A stretch of 64,000 bases of DNA. Origin: Vairimorpha necatrix. Its lineage: Eukaryota. Position numbers and translations under genes: made by a program. The notes under the pieces are model-generated. The model worked only from the letters and a program-made list of their open reading frames with translations, was not told where the DNA came from and did no database searches. The DNA lies in the NCBI GenBank assembly GCA_036630325.1, contig CP142736.1:744001-808000 (forward strand). The letters are read 5' to 3'. This document shows positions 11,555 through 24,146 of the stretch, one piece after another (position 1 is the first letter of the stretch; each line of letters opens with the position of its first letter).

Positions 11555-12286
11555 TTAATTTTTATTTCGCTTTTTGATCTTTTCTTGTGCATATTCGTAG
11601 TATGTTTCTTGTCCTAGTTTTCCCTTGAATCTTGTCCATTCTTCTTCAAATTTCTTCGCTTCTTCCGCTGTATTATATGTTATATGACAGTACCCATTAT
11701 TCCTTTTCGTTTCTGTCTCATATCTACATCTTATATCTTTTGGTTTTACTCCATGACTTTTAAATATATTCCTCATTTCTAAGATACTGATATTCTTATT
11801 GATTCTTGATATGAATATTCTTTTATCATTTACTATTTTCTCTTTTAGTTTTTCTATTCTTAGTACTTTATGTCCCAGTGTAATTTCTTCATTTATTTTC
11901 ACTCTGTTTTTGAATGTTATGATTGCCTTCCCTATGAATTTCTGATCTTTTGTATAGCAGAGTTTTACATTTTCCACTGTTCCGTATTTCTTAAAGCGTT
12001 CTTTTATTGTTTCTTCTGTTTCTTTATATGAGAGATTGTTTACTACATATGTATTTATATGTATCTTGTTGTCTTTGTCATGTGTTCTTTTATCATCTTT
12101 TTCATATTTTACTTTTTTGTCGTCTCTGTCGTATTTTGTTTTATCATCTCTGTCATGTGTTCTTTTCTTGTCTTTACTTTCCTCTTTGGCTTTGATCTTA
12201 TCGTCATGTGTTCTTTTCTTGTCTTTGATCTTTCCATCTTCATGATCTTTCTTGATCTTGTCTCTTTTGATTTTGGTTCTTTCCAT
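11555..12286 (-). CDS. Two-RRM RNA-binding protein with K/D-rich repetitive N-terminus (probably nucleolar)
   Basis: RNP2 YVVNNL and IFISRI, RNP1 IGKAIITF and NGYCHITY; KRTHD repeats; CCCC upstream. Confidence 0.85.
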   Translation of the reverse strand: MERTKIKRDKIKKDHEDGKIKDKKRTHDDKIKAKEESKDKKRTHDRDDKTKYDRDDKKVKYEKDDKRTHDKDNKIHINTYVVNNLSYKETEETIKERFKKYGTVENVKLCYTKDQKFIGKAIITFKNRVKINEEITLGHKVLRIEKLKEKIVNDKRIFISRINKNISILEMRNIFKSHGVKPKDIRCRYETETKRNNGYCHITYNTAEEAKKFEEEWTRFKGKLGQETYYEYAQEKIKKRNKN

Positions 12287-12323
12287 TTATTAAGGGGTCT
12301 ATTTTACATATGATATGTTCTTG

Positions 12324-13175
12324 TTAGTTCCCTCGTTTCATATTCTCTATTATTCGATCTTTTCTTATAAAACTCTCCTCTAACCATTCCTTTGGTTCTC
12401 TTACATCTTCTATGTCTACTATCCTCAGATCATATTTTATTATTCCTTTCTTAGATGTAAAGAATATTTCCCATAATTTCATTTTATTCATATTATGAAA
12501 AGTCAGATCTGCTATTTTATATTTATGCTTTACTAATATTTCATGTATTAGTTCAAATCCTTTATGCCTTGGGTATAGTACATTATTTAATAGTATGTTC
12601 TGATTATTCCTGTTCTTATTGGCTATATATTCTCTTGATCTTTTTAGATTTATATTGTTCATTCTTGTTCCTTCTGGAAATATTACTATACTATTCTTTA
12701 TCTTATTATTTAGTAGTAGATTTATTATATTTTTTATATTGTGTTTATCTTTATTATAATCTCGTGATACTATAATGAATTTTAGTAGATTTATTATCTG
12801 GTAGAAGATCGGGTAATATTTTGTCTGGGATTTTATGAGATATTTTAGAGTGCCATGAGATGGAAAGAGATGATTTAAGATCATAAAATCTAAAGCCGCC
12901 TGATGATTAGAAATAATCAAGTATTTATCAATAATATTAGATTTATTAGTTTCATCTGTATCTTTATTGGGCTCTTCTATTACTGTATATGTCATGTTAA
13001 ATATCCATCCACATATTTCCCAGAGACAGTATGAAAAGACACTAGTGATCTTTATAGACCACTTGACACTGACAAGACTTATAAGATATCCTATAGGGAT
13101 ATAGAAGACACATACAGTGAATAAAAGAAGAATAAGAAGAAAACAGAAGATCTTAGCAGCGAGGATATGAATCAT
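12324..13175 (-). CDS. Lysophospholipid (1-acyl-glycerol-3-phosphate) acyltransferase, PlsC/AGPAT family
   Basis: NHQAALD (NHxxxxD), FPEGTR and VLYPR motifs; N-terminal transmembrane segments. Start moved to ATG 13175 after CCC. Confidence 0.9.
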   Translation of the reverse strand: MIHILAAKIFCFLLILLLFTVCVFYIPIGYLISLVSVKWSIKITSVFSYCLWEICGWIFNMTYTVIEEPNKDTDETNKSNIIDKYLIISNHQAALDFMILNHLFPSHGTLKYLIKSQTKYYPIFYQIINLLKFIIVSRDYNKDKHNIKNIINLLLNNKIKNSIVIFPEGTRMNNINLKRSREYIANKNRNNQNILLNNVLYPRHKGFELIHEILVKHKYKIADLTFHNMNKMKLWEIFFTSKKGIIKYDLRIVDIEDVREPKEWLEESFIRKDRIIENMKRGN

Positions 13176-13289
13176 AAAAAGGGCATAAGAAACAAACAAA
13201 CAAACTCAGAAAAAAAAGCATAAAAGAAAAAAAAACAGCATAAACAAAAAGAGAAAAAAATATCTCAAGTGAGAAAAGAACATAAACTA

Positions 13290-13383
13290 CATAAAGATAT
13301 TATGTATAAAGATTATAACAAATTTTTATGTATAAAGATATTATGTATAAAGATATTATACATGTAGATATATATATAAAGAT
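13290..13383. repeat. Short imperfect tandem repeat, unit about TATAAAGATATTATG
   Basis: Three to four copies visible in the intergenic spacer. Confidence 0.6.
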
Positions 13384-13457
13384 CGTCCTTATTATTGGCG
13401 TGTGCAACATTAATATATACAATATATTGTAAATAATATGATAAATTAAGATATTAT

Positions 13458-14036
13458 TTATTTAAGTGATAAGAGTCTCTTCTCTAATTCATCTTGAAAT
13501 TCCTTACTCTCCACTATCTTCTCAATCTCACTAGTAGTCTCCCATGATTTCTCCTTCTCAAGTATAGAATCTGTCAATTCCTTAACTATCTTACTATGTT
13601 TCCACCCAAATTTCACTAATAATTCCCCCAAGAGACAGTACTTCTTTCCTGGTTTATTACAGTACTTCAGTAGACACTCTGGGAACATGACTCTCTCAGA
13701 ATTTATAAACTCACTTGGTATCCCTTCATGGCACTCTAAGTTCTTAAGGGCTTCTTTCCCTTTATGGAATTTATAAGGGATCATTCCTCTTATAATTCTC
13801 TTGAATCTCATACTAGGGAGAACATGATGAAAAGGCCCTTTCCTTGGGTTTACTCGGCATCTCTTGTTCATGAATGATTTGAACTTGAGGATACTCCTGT
13901 CTAAGGGTCCAGTGAGGATAGATCTCTCAGTGCAGAGGACAGTGACTTTGTGGCCTTCTAGGAGGAATTTGGCTATTTTAGAAGCGAGTTTCCCTGCTAC
14001 ATGATTTGAAGCATCTACCACAATATGTTTATGCAT
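13458..14036 (-). CDS. RPL13A: 60S ribosomal protein uL13 (L13a/L16)
   Basis: [50 protein letters not shown] upstream. Confidence 0.95.
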   Translation of the reverse strand: MHKHIVVDASNHVAGKLASKIAKFLLEGHKVTVLCTERSILTGPLDRSILKFKSFMNKRCRVNPRKGPFHHVLPSMRFKRIIRGMIPYKFHKGKEALKNLECHEGIPSEFINSERVMFPECLLKYCNKPGKKYCLLGELLVKFGWKHSKIVKELTDSILEKEKSWETTSEIEKIVESKEFQDELEKRLLSLK

Positions 14037-14112
14037 TTTAGGGGTAAGAAAAAATTATATATTTTGGATAAAGATAAAAATAAGATTGAACATATATTAT
14101 AAGATGAATGAG

Positions 14113-14207
14113 TACAGTATGTTACACTACAATACTATAACAACATTATATTACAATGTAATACAGTATGTCACAATACAATTCTATAACAACATAATAT
14201 TACAATG
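14113..14207. repeat. 49-bp-period tandem duplication in the divergent uL13/SAC3 promoter
   Basis: TACAGTATGT(T/C)ACA(C/A)TACAAT(A/T)CTATAACAACAT(T/A)ATATTACAATG starting at 14113 and 14162. Confidence 0.8.
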
Positions 14208-14259
14208 AATACAATACATCAATATTATTTACAGTGGGACATTTTCTTACCCCCATTTT

Positions 14260-16148
14260 ATGAACTTAGAATATATTTACAGGGATCTCCTACAGAAAAG
14301 AGAAGAGAAGCCTGAGTACTCGGGAGTCATAAAAGGCACATGTCAGGAATACTGCCCCACTTCGAGTACATAGAAAGGACTCTAAGGGGAGATGTCAATA
14401 AATATGAGAGAGACATTTTAGTGAAGAAGTACAACAGGTCATCAGCCGGGAAAAGCAAGGCTTTCCCCGAGGATGTCAGACCCATCAGTGTCCTGACTAG
14501 TGTCCTTGATTATCTCCTCCAGTTCTGTGACTTCAGTCTTGAGTCTTATAAGTTTCTTGAGAATAGGACTAGATCTATTAGACTTGATATTAGTATACAG
14601 GAATTAGAGTGTGATAGGACTATAATGATATTAGAGAAGATATGTAGATTATTAATATTGTATAATTATGCTTTATATGATAATAAAGAGTTTGAGGAAT
14701 ATTTAAATATAGAACAAATTAAGAAGATATTAGGGACACTTAAAGAGTTATACAATAATAAAAATAAGCAAGGCTTATCTAATAATACTCATAGATCTAA
14801 AAATTATCAAGAGTTCATGGGTTATTATAAATTAATTACTTTTGATGATGTACTAAATACATCTGATTTGTCTCTCACTAGTAAGTTATCTCTTTTTGAT
14901 AATATAAAGATGGCTTATACTCAGAATAATCTTTATAGATTCTTCTTGTTGTCTCGTTCTACTGACTTCTTAAGCTTCTGTCTCTTACACACGTATTATG
15001 ACAAGCTGAGACTCAAAGGGATAGAAATCTACTCTAAGTGTTTTATAGAGAAGATAGACTCGTCATTGATCAACAAGTTACTCTTTTTATCTGAGAGGGA
15101 ATTAATAAGTCTATGTAATAAGACCAACATACAACTAACCCAAACATCTACTACTACTAGTAAAGAAGATGTATCTACTAGACATACTAGAGATAATATT
15201 AGAGATATTAGAGATACTAATGGTATTTTAGTAGACTTCAAGAATAAAGATCTCTTTGATAATGAAGATATTTTAGTAAAAGATAGGAAGATTTCTCTTA
15301 TGTCCCCTAAGATGATTCACTTTGGTGACTTGGACTATCACATAAAGAGAGTCCTCATTGGTCTCTGGGTAGAGAAGACATTTATTAGTAAGAAGTACAC
15401 ACTCGCTCCTGTGATAAGTAGGAAGAAGACTAAGATAAATATATTCACTAGTAGAGAAGAGACAGAGAAGGATATCTTCAGGATTATACTGAAGATATAC
15501 TGTAAGATCAGTACGGGGGTATTTAGTAGAGACATAAAGAAGAGAGTGAATATATTTGAGAAAAAGAAGAAGATAGCGAAAGAAATGTGTCATTTCATTC
15601 TGGTTTCATACATACACCATCGAATTAATATAATATGTAAAAAAGATAATATATCTAGTACTACATGTAATAATAATGACAATCTGGCGGTTGTTACTGA
15701 TGACTCAATATTCTCGGCCATATTCCTTAATACTCTTAAGAAGAGTAATATTATGAAATATAATCCCCTACTCTTACAGTACAAGGATATCTCCCTGAAT
15801 ACACTTATAAAATACAGAGTCAGTGTATTCGCCCTGAACAAGAAATACCACAAAGATACAGAAATGAAATATAACATGCTTAATAAACTAATAGACACTC
15901 CACAGAACTGTAGTAAGAGGATCCAAGAGATAAATAATCTAATAGAGAAAAGTAAGAAGATAATAAGAAATAAACTCAATAATCTACTTGAGAATAAGAG
16001 CAGAATAAAACAAATATCAATATTGACACACTTGATAGAAAATGGGAGGAATAAAGATATAAGAAATGAGTGGATAGAGAAAATAGATAAGAAACAGAGA
16101 CTAGAGAATATAGAAGTGTATTATGAAGATGGGGAGATGACATATTAA
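14260..16148 (+). CDS. SAC3: SAC3/GANP family mRNA export factor with an apparent 1-nt frameshift near 14355-14358
   Basis: ATG 14260 after CCCCC gives MNLEY...IKGTCQEYCP. The long frame gives HFEYIER, VKKYNRSSAG, PEDVRP..VL, YKFLENRTRSIRLDISIQ, EKICR and NIEQ. Confidence 0.85.
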
Positions 16149-16699
16149 AAAAGAGAGAGAAGTAAAGAGGAATATATATTGAGTGTATTTTATGTACTAA
16201 TGTTATATTGATAATATATGTGTGTATTGGTGACGTGTAACAAACAAATAAAGAATCATTTAATATTTATATATTGTGACTAATGTATTATAAAATTAAT
16301 GTCAAGTTGATATATGGAGATATTTACTTGAGAATATCATATTTTTAAGACCAGTAATATTGTATCTTATATAGATATAGAACATTAGATCATGACGATG
16401 AGATCTCATAAATATGAAAAGAAACTGGAAGATTGGATTATAGGAATATAGAGGGCCGAACTCCCAGGAGACAAATTATAATAATGAGATATGATGATGT
16501 GGCTTATAAGTAAAATAAGGCGGAGCATAGTAAGATCTTTTGTATGAGGATGTCGAATAATAGTAAGATAATAATATCTACTTAGAAGATATTCCACTCT
16601 TGAAGTAAAATGGATATAATTAGTCACTTGACAGATTTAAGGAAGACAAACTGTAATAAACATAATATAATTTGGCACCTGATGGATAAAGTGAAGTAA

Positions 16700-17700
16700 A
16701 AAACATGAACATCCTTTCTAGTGCTTAATTTTTAAAAAGAAAAAAATGTCTAGAATACTAATTTAAAAATTTTTAAAATGCAAAATATTAATAAAAAAAT
16801 TACGAGTATATGTGTTCTGTGTACAAAAAAGTCAATAGTAATACTTGAGTATGTAATACTTATATTGTAATCAAAAGTCGCGCTTAGAACGTGATCAAAC
16901 TTAAAAATAATTTATAATATAAAAAAAAAGATAGGAGATTTATAAGTAGTATAAAGTTTTATTTATATTTATATTATAAACCAGTACTAAAAGAATACTG
17001 AAAACTGTGATATGGTATAATATTATACTTAGAATAACCTTCGTTCTATTTTAATGACGTAGTGGAGTATCTAAACAAATTGAAGTAATATAATTGAGAA
17101 AAAACAAGCCGAATATTAACGGTTATTTATATTGGAAGCAGATATGCATAATATAGGTATAACTGCCGGCGTATTCTTAGACCTGAATAAAAAATTTATA
17201 TTAGTAAATTTAATTAAGAATATTAAAAAAAATAATCTGAATGTTTATTTATTATAAGCAATAGAGCATATTTGAAAGTTTTTTTAAAATATGATCAAGA
17301 TAGTTGCTTTCATATAAAACCTAATGCCTTTAAATACTGGAGCTACAAACACCATGAGATGTAATGGGATATTTACAATAAAAAAATGTGCAGATAATCG
17401 ACACACTATGTTTTTATAATGCCTATATAAAATATAATTATAATCTGTAGAAACTGATTTAAAATGTCAAAAAAGTAACTAATGTGGATAAATTACATGT
17501 GAAAAGCGAGACAATCTATACAAAAAATTATACAATAGTAAACTAAATACTATTTATATAGTCAACTGTTAAATTCTTATAAAATTAATATTCAAAAATT
17601 TCCATATAGGTGAAAAAAATTGGTCCAATATTCTATGACTCTATAAGGCGAAATATATATATATATATATAGTAGAACAAATATAACTTGAGCGACACGT
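16700..17700 (+). mobile_element. Heavily decayed Ty3/gypsy pol relic (RT thumb, RNase H, possibly integrase)
   Basis: Ordered fragments VILEYVI, RRFISSIKFY, KPNING/FILEADMHNIGITAGV (compare FILETDASxxGIGAVL), ECL..AIEH, KNVQIIDTL and IGP. Many stops and frameshifts; boundaries approximate. Confidence 0.5.
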
Positions 17701-18799
17701 AAGTGCCGAAATTTAGTGTAGAATTTATAAATAAGATTTTTAACCGAGTTTAAAAAATAAAGAAACATAATAATCGAACTAACTAATATGAGCCTAAAGC
17801 TACATATGATGTGACAAGACATACAATTCTGTACTTTTATAAAATCAAAAGTAAAATAGAAACCAATAATTAATTAATGTTAGAATGTAAAAAAACATTA
17901 TTGTAATAAATTAATTAGGGATATCTGAGTTTTGACATCATACTGTAAACTACAACGAAAAAAAACAAATTAAAACTGTTTATGATCTAAGGTAAAGATA
18001 AATAAACTTTTAAATATCAATACGAAGTGAAGTAATTTGTATTGGCAAGAAATAACACACAACGAGATAGAACGGGACTCAAATTATAAATGTAGTACAA
18101 AATTAGAAAACCACATATATTATATAATCTCCATATGCAGTTTACAATTAAGTCAAATATAGCAGGCCTGTGGGTGTTTATATTGGGGTTAAGGCCTCAA
18201 TTATAAATCGATATAGCTAATCTCGCAGGATACAATTCATTTACATGAAATTTAAACTTATTTGCGTTTTCTTGATGGCATTTTATCAATATGTTATAAT
18301 ATGGCTACTAGTAAATAAACATCATTACATAGGAAACCTGGTAAATTATGCCCGTACATCTAAAAATCGATTGTTAATATATTACATTTATTAGTGATTT
18401 CACTAAAGATATTAACGAAATTGTGCATATTAAAGTGATTATATTTGTTCTAAAACCCCCTCCTTCACTGATTATAACCATTTAAAACCCGTATTTTAAT
18501 TTATAGTATAAACACGAGTATTAATTATTTTTGTATAAGTGTCGTACACAAGGGGTTTACATAATACTAAATATACGATATAAACAAATTCCATTGAAAA
18601 TTAATAAAATAAATCTGTTTTTTTTGCATTTCAACAAAAATAGACGATTCATACTAAATAAAACACGTAGAAATATTAGTGTATAAAATAACGATTTTAA
18701 AAATAAAATACGCTTAGTGTTCCATTTTTAACAAATATTTCTATATAAACTATGAATGTTTCGTGTATATGGTAAATACTTTTCAATTTATTAAAAAAT

Positions 18800-19620
18800 T
18801 TATTTATTTAATTTTTTCATACATTATTCAATTAAACTAATTATTTTATCTTTAAAGCTAAATATCATCAACATTTCATAAAATCTATTTATATTTTTCA
18901 ACTCTATCAATACAAAATCCAAATTAGTTTTACTTACTTATTTTTTTTTTCTTTAAAACATTGTTTTGTATGATATAACATTGTAGAAAGCGAAATGTTA
19001 AATAATAACATTCGTACGCAATGCTCATAAGTCTGATGCTGTTTATTTATATGACAAAAATGTAATTTATCATGCGAATTGTGTGTATTGTAAGCTATAA
19101 AATCTTAAAGTTTAAAAATCAAACACAAAAACGTAAAAACCAATCTATTCTTTAATAATTTTGTAATATTTAAGACTTTTATTAATCGAAAATATATAAT
19201 TTTCACTGAAACTTTTTAATCTAAGTCCTCTGTCGTGAATAAATTTTCTATTTAGATTTATACCGGCAATAGTTTTATTATCTAAATTTAATTTATTGAA
19301 GAAAATATTTGGAAAATTATGTAAATTTTTTTTTATTTCTAATTTTTTTCAAAAGTATCAATAGATTTAATTAATTCTCTGAGAAGTAAATAATAGTCGT
19401 CATTGGACTTAGTTAAATGTTTGTCTATAGTGTTTTAAAGAACATTAAGTTCATCTGGGCTAACACGTTTAAACCTTGTTTGAAATTTATAATTCTTTGA
19501 TATTTGAGTCGGTTGTAGATGTGATAGAATGGTCTGTATGGTGTTGAAGAGTTTTGTAATTATTGATACAACTTGAATGAAAATCTGAGGAAAAAATGGA
19601 TAAAATCATAAAAACTTCAT
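18800..19620 (-). pseudogene. Pseudogene of the secreted family represented by 33303-34178 and 38828-39727
   Basis: SPDELNVL*NTIDKHLTKSNDDYYLLLRELIKSIDTFEK, GFYVFVFDF* and DFIAYNTHNSHDKLHFCHINKQHQTYEHCVRML...MLYHTKQC align to the intact paralogs; several stops and frameshifts. Confidence 0.9.
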
Positions 19621-19889
19621 GTAAATATTTTATATAATTAAAAACATGATATGTTTTGTAATACGTAGTAAGTATTTTGAGGTTTTGTAAACGATATTAG
19701 AAGCATTGTTTAATTCTTATTCTTGTATTTAAATACTTACAATGTGATGATATACAAAAAACTCTAAGTTTTTCATATCATGATTTTAAGAAAAAAAAAT
19801 AGTAATTTACATATACAATGCAACAAACACATACTATTATTTGTCTTGTTATTTTAATAAAACATATTTTTTGTATCATCAATCATTTA

Positions 19890-20374
19890 CAAAATATTTT
19901 CTTAGTCGTTTCAATACGGTTAACTAAAACGCGAATTTGATTATAAAAAAAAAGGCTTTATTTGGCTAATGTCATCGTTGCGTGGAATGGTGTAATTGCA
20001 GAAAATAAATATTTCTTTTTGTAAAATGATTCAATCATTAATCTTAGTTCGCTATATGAAAAATATACGCGACATATAATACAATAAACCAAAAAAACAT
20101 GCATTTAAGTAAAATAAATGTAAAGGCTTTAATACTCAAATGTATATAACATGTTATCAAAGCAATGAAAAACATTTAAAACTTAAAAATATATAAATTG
20201 TGTGTACTAAAAAGATATAACAACGTCGTGATTTTTTTTAAATATTTCATGTTTAAATAGTCTCAAAATTTTTCTTGGAAGAAACAGAATGCGTGACTAA
20301 AAAGGACAAAGATTTTTTTAACAATAAGAAAACGTGCATGGTGTTTTTTACCGGGCGAACTGGACCAATGCTAG
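19890..20374 (+). mobile_element. Possible Helitron 3' relic (PIF1-helicase tail plus hairpin-CTAG end)
   Basis: Degenerate ordered fragments LTKTRI, LANVIVA, YA...TIN, QMYITC and NNVV. A small hairpin CCGG-GCGAA-CTGG precedes CTAG (20371-20374), which is followed by T. Confidence 0.4.
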
Positions 20375-21031
20375 TGTAATAAATTACAGAAACCCCTACT
20401 ATATCATAAAGATAAGTGTTATAGAAAATTGTTATAGTGTTTGTTTCGATGCCGTAACAACATTAAGCAACAAAATAAATATTGATGCAAATTATTGCTT
20501 TTTAAAGTTTTGATATTATATATAGAAAAGAATATTGGAGAAGTTGAATATGTCTTAAAATAATTATTATAAATATTTTAACATTTACTCTAGAAAAGAC
20601 AAAAAAACAATAAAATTTTATCGAATAAGATTAAATTACATACCATTCAACGAAATCATTGGATTAAAAATATTTATTTAAATTTTTGTAGCTTCTAATT
20701 CTTTTCTAAATATCGTAAATTATCATTTACTATCAGTTTTTTTATATTTTCATGCGAAAAGGTTTTTTTGTAATTATACATATAATAATTTTGAATAATC
20801 CACTAAGGTTTTGAGGTTTTTAAAAAAACATGGCTTACATTTTGTATATTTTTAAAGTCGAACTTAATTTTTTTTCTCTTTTATACTAATGTATCAGATT
20901 TATGTTATAATTCGAAGTGCAGATTTATACAAGACATTTCTATTTATTGTTGATGATTATTTGTAAGGCAACCTAAAACGTGTTAAAAAATTTCAACTTT
21001 TTTTTTTGTTATATATGTTTTATTTAATATT

Positions 21032-22738
21032 TTATTGTTTTTTATTATATTTTAAAGCAATTTCATTTAGTTCTTCCAATATTTCTTTATTATCTTTATC
21101 TACCATAGTTGATTCGATATTTAACTTTTTAATAATGTCATCTTTTTGAACCTTATAATTTTTATGTAAGAGATTCAAGGTATAAACATTAATATCAATT
21201 GTACTGCTTCCAGTAAAAACCGCCGCAGTATTTAAAATTTTCTCTCTAACTTCATTTCTATACAGATCATGAATCCCATTATGTATAATTACTATTTCAT
21301 TGAAAACTTCAAGTAAATTAATATTTTTTTGTGAAATATTTGTTTTGTGTTCGCTTTTATTGTTTCTTTTTACTATAAGACTACCAATATCTTTTAATGT
21401 TTTAAATAATATATCGTCCTTTAATTCATTCTCATTGATATATTCTTCTGCTTCTAAGAGTAAACAAAATTTTATTAGATATAAATCATTTATGAAAAAA
21501 ATAGTTTTCAACTTTTCTGATATCTTTTTTATTATTTTTTTCATAATAGTGTCATTAAGAATTTTATTTTCAATAATATCATATAAAATATTTGGATTCA
21601 TTTTAATTTTATAAAATAATAGATAGCTAAACATGATATTTATAGCTGATCCTCGTTTGTTTAAAATTCTTTCGACAAAGAAATTTATTCTATTATTATT
21701 TACTACCAAATTATGAAACATTATAATGCCCTTAACATCTTTCGTGTTGGTTATAATATCAAACATCTTTTTAAATTCAATATAAACATCTTTGCTAATA
21801 TATCCTTCATTCCCAATTTTATCTAAATAACTTTTTAGACAATATTTATCGTTAATATTGTTTAATTTAAAACTTATTTTCTTATCTTGTATCTCAAATG
21901 AAAAAGGGTCAGTTGTGTCACCCATTTGGATTTTGTTACTTGTACATCGTATCGGTAATACTTCATCTTTAACATGAAAGAGTTTGAAATTGTTGTACGA
22001 TAACTTGTATACATCAAGAAGTTTCTGAAGTATTTCTTCGTCCCATATTTTTTCTTTATTGACTTCTGTGTCAGCCAAGTAATATATTTCATCAATACAA
22101 AAATTAAAAAAATAACAAATATTATCTATGGTTAAATTCAAACAAATGTAAAATTCACCATTAAGAGATGTTGTATAATAATAAATCGAGGACTTTGGCA
22201 TTTTTTTAATACAATCTTTTTCTTTATTTTTAATATCAGATATAAATCTTTGAACTTGATCATTAATTTCGCAAATATTATCATAGTAAATCTCATTCTC
22301 GTCATGGGTTATTCTTCTTTCATGATTAATCTCTTTAAGCTCTTCTATTAACGTTTTCAAGATACTTTGATTCTGTAAGTGAATTTTATTATATATAAAC
22401 GTAATTGAGAAAAGATCATGTATAGATGTTATTTTTTTGATGTTAGTTTCCATTTCATTGATAATATTCTTAATTTTTTTGTTTTTTAAAACAAAAGTAA
22501 ATCTATCTTTATTGCGATTAGGATGAAAATCTTTTATATCATCAGAAATACTAAATGAAATAGTCTCATTGCATTCGTCATAATATGAAAAAATATATAT
22601 GTCAATCTTTTGCCCAGAAATATCAAAAGACACATAATCTCCATTTTTTATTTTGGAAAAAATTTTTTCTTTAAATTTTTCATATAATTCATTCGCCTGC
22701 ACAAATACAATAAAAGAATACAGAAACAAGAAATGCAT
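21032..22738 (-). CDS. Lineage-specific secreted protein, family A member 1 (568 aa)
   Basis: Signal peptide ending VFVQA-N; CCC upstream; shares DYVS.D, FFVE.I and CLLLEAE.YI.EN...DD.LF.TLKD with 25135-27297. Confidence 0.85.
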   Translation of the reverse strand: MHFLFLYSFIVFVQANELYEKFKEKIFSKIKNGDYVSFDISGQKIDIYIFSYYDECNETISFSISDDIKDFHPNRNKDRFTFVLKNKKIKNIINEMETNIKKITSIHDLFSITFIYNKIHLQNQSILKTLIEELKEINHERRITHDENEIYYDNICEINDQVQRFISDIKNKEKDCIKKMPKSSIYYYTTSLNGEFYICLNLTIDNICYFFNFCIDEIYYLADTEVNKEKIWDEEILQKLLDVYKLSYNNFKLFHVKDEVLPIRCTSNKIQMGDTTDPFSFEIQDKKISFKLNNINDKYCLKSYLDKIGNEGYISKDVYIEFKKMFDIITNTKDVKGIIMFHNLVVNNNRINFFVERILNKRGSAINIMFSYLLFYKIKMNPNILYDIIENKILNDTIMKKIIKKISEKLKTIFFINDLYLIKFCLLLEAEEYINENELKDDILFKTLKDIGSLIVKRNNKSEHKTNISQKNINLLEVFNEIVIIHNGIHDLYRNEVREKILNTAAVFTGSSTIDINVYTLNLLHKNYKVQKDDIIKKLNIESTMVDKDNKEILEELNEIALKYNKKQ

Positions 22739-24146
22739 AATAAGGGCAATACAAAAACATATTTAAATACAAAAATTAAGTTTTTTATTGGATTTTATAC
22801 GTCATTTTAAAACCACCATTTTAAAAATAAAAGTTAGAATTATTAGAATGAAACGTAGAATTTTTTTTGATTTATCATTTTAAAAAATAATTATACATTT
22901 AATTTCTCCATTTTATTGACAAATCAAATATCTATTCTTAAAATGGAATCATTTATCTAACAAATGCATAGTGTGTAAAAATTGTATTAGATATGAAATA
23001 TAAAGAATGTTTACAACCACTTATAAGTCTGGTTCGCAATTAAAAATATTTTTAAAAAATTTCGAAAATATAAATATAACATAATTATTGATATGATGCA
23101 TTTAAAAAACTTCATACAACATTCTAGATAGTTATTATGCTGAAAAATCTATCGAACGTTTTTTGTATTTTTTTGATTTTTTCACTTTGAATCTAAGTTT
23201 TTATTGATTAATTTTTTAAGCCGAATTTTTGATGACCCGGTGTCAAATATTTTGATTATTTATATTTATACATTTGACGTGCTCCTTAAAATAATTAAAC
23301 CCATAAGACAACATTAATTGGATATTAATTGCACAGAAATAAAACACTTTTGTTGAATTAGTCAAAATAAACCAGTCGTGGAATCGTATCTACAATTAAA
23401 TATCATAATGGTTAGTCCTATTATGTAAATAGAATAATAAGCAGTCATATGTTTGTTTTTTAGCAATTACTAAAACCTTTGCGTTATAAAAATGTAATTT
23501 AATTACATTTTTATACTTTATTTTGATTCTGTATTTATTTATAGGAAAAATAGAATTTGTATGATCAAAGGAATAGTATTATAAGATCAATATGAATAAC
23601 GTATAGATTTAATGTATGATGAAAACATTTTAAGCTTTAATGTTCATTTTTTGTCATTTCCTCATCGTTGGTAATTACTAGTTATAAAATTTTCTTTGTT
23701 TATGTGTTGTATATATTTGCAATCTAGTAGGAGATATACAATTCTAAACACAAATTTAACTATTTTTAGGAACTACAACTTGTAATGTACTATATTTATT
23801 CTTTTTTAACTTATTATCAGTACATGCAAACATAACTGAAAAGTGTTGTATTTAGATCATATTCGTAGCGTTATATGCAATAAATTGTCAGAACATAGAT
23901 AATTTAAAAGATGCTTCTTTCTGAGCAAACTACAATTTGAATTCTGAAAATGAAATTTTTTATTTTAATAAAGAAGAATGAGCATCTCGTGGGTATGTTT
24001 AGAAATTGAGTTGCTATTGTTGCTGTGCAAATTTTTCATTAGGACAAAGAAAAGAAAATATTTCTCGGCTGTATTAATATAAATTATATGATTTTTAATG
24101 ATGTGGCAGTTTAATCTGAAATATTTAATGTTATAATAGTTATTTT

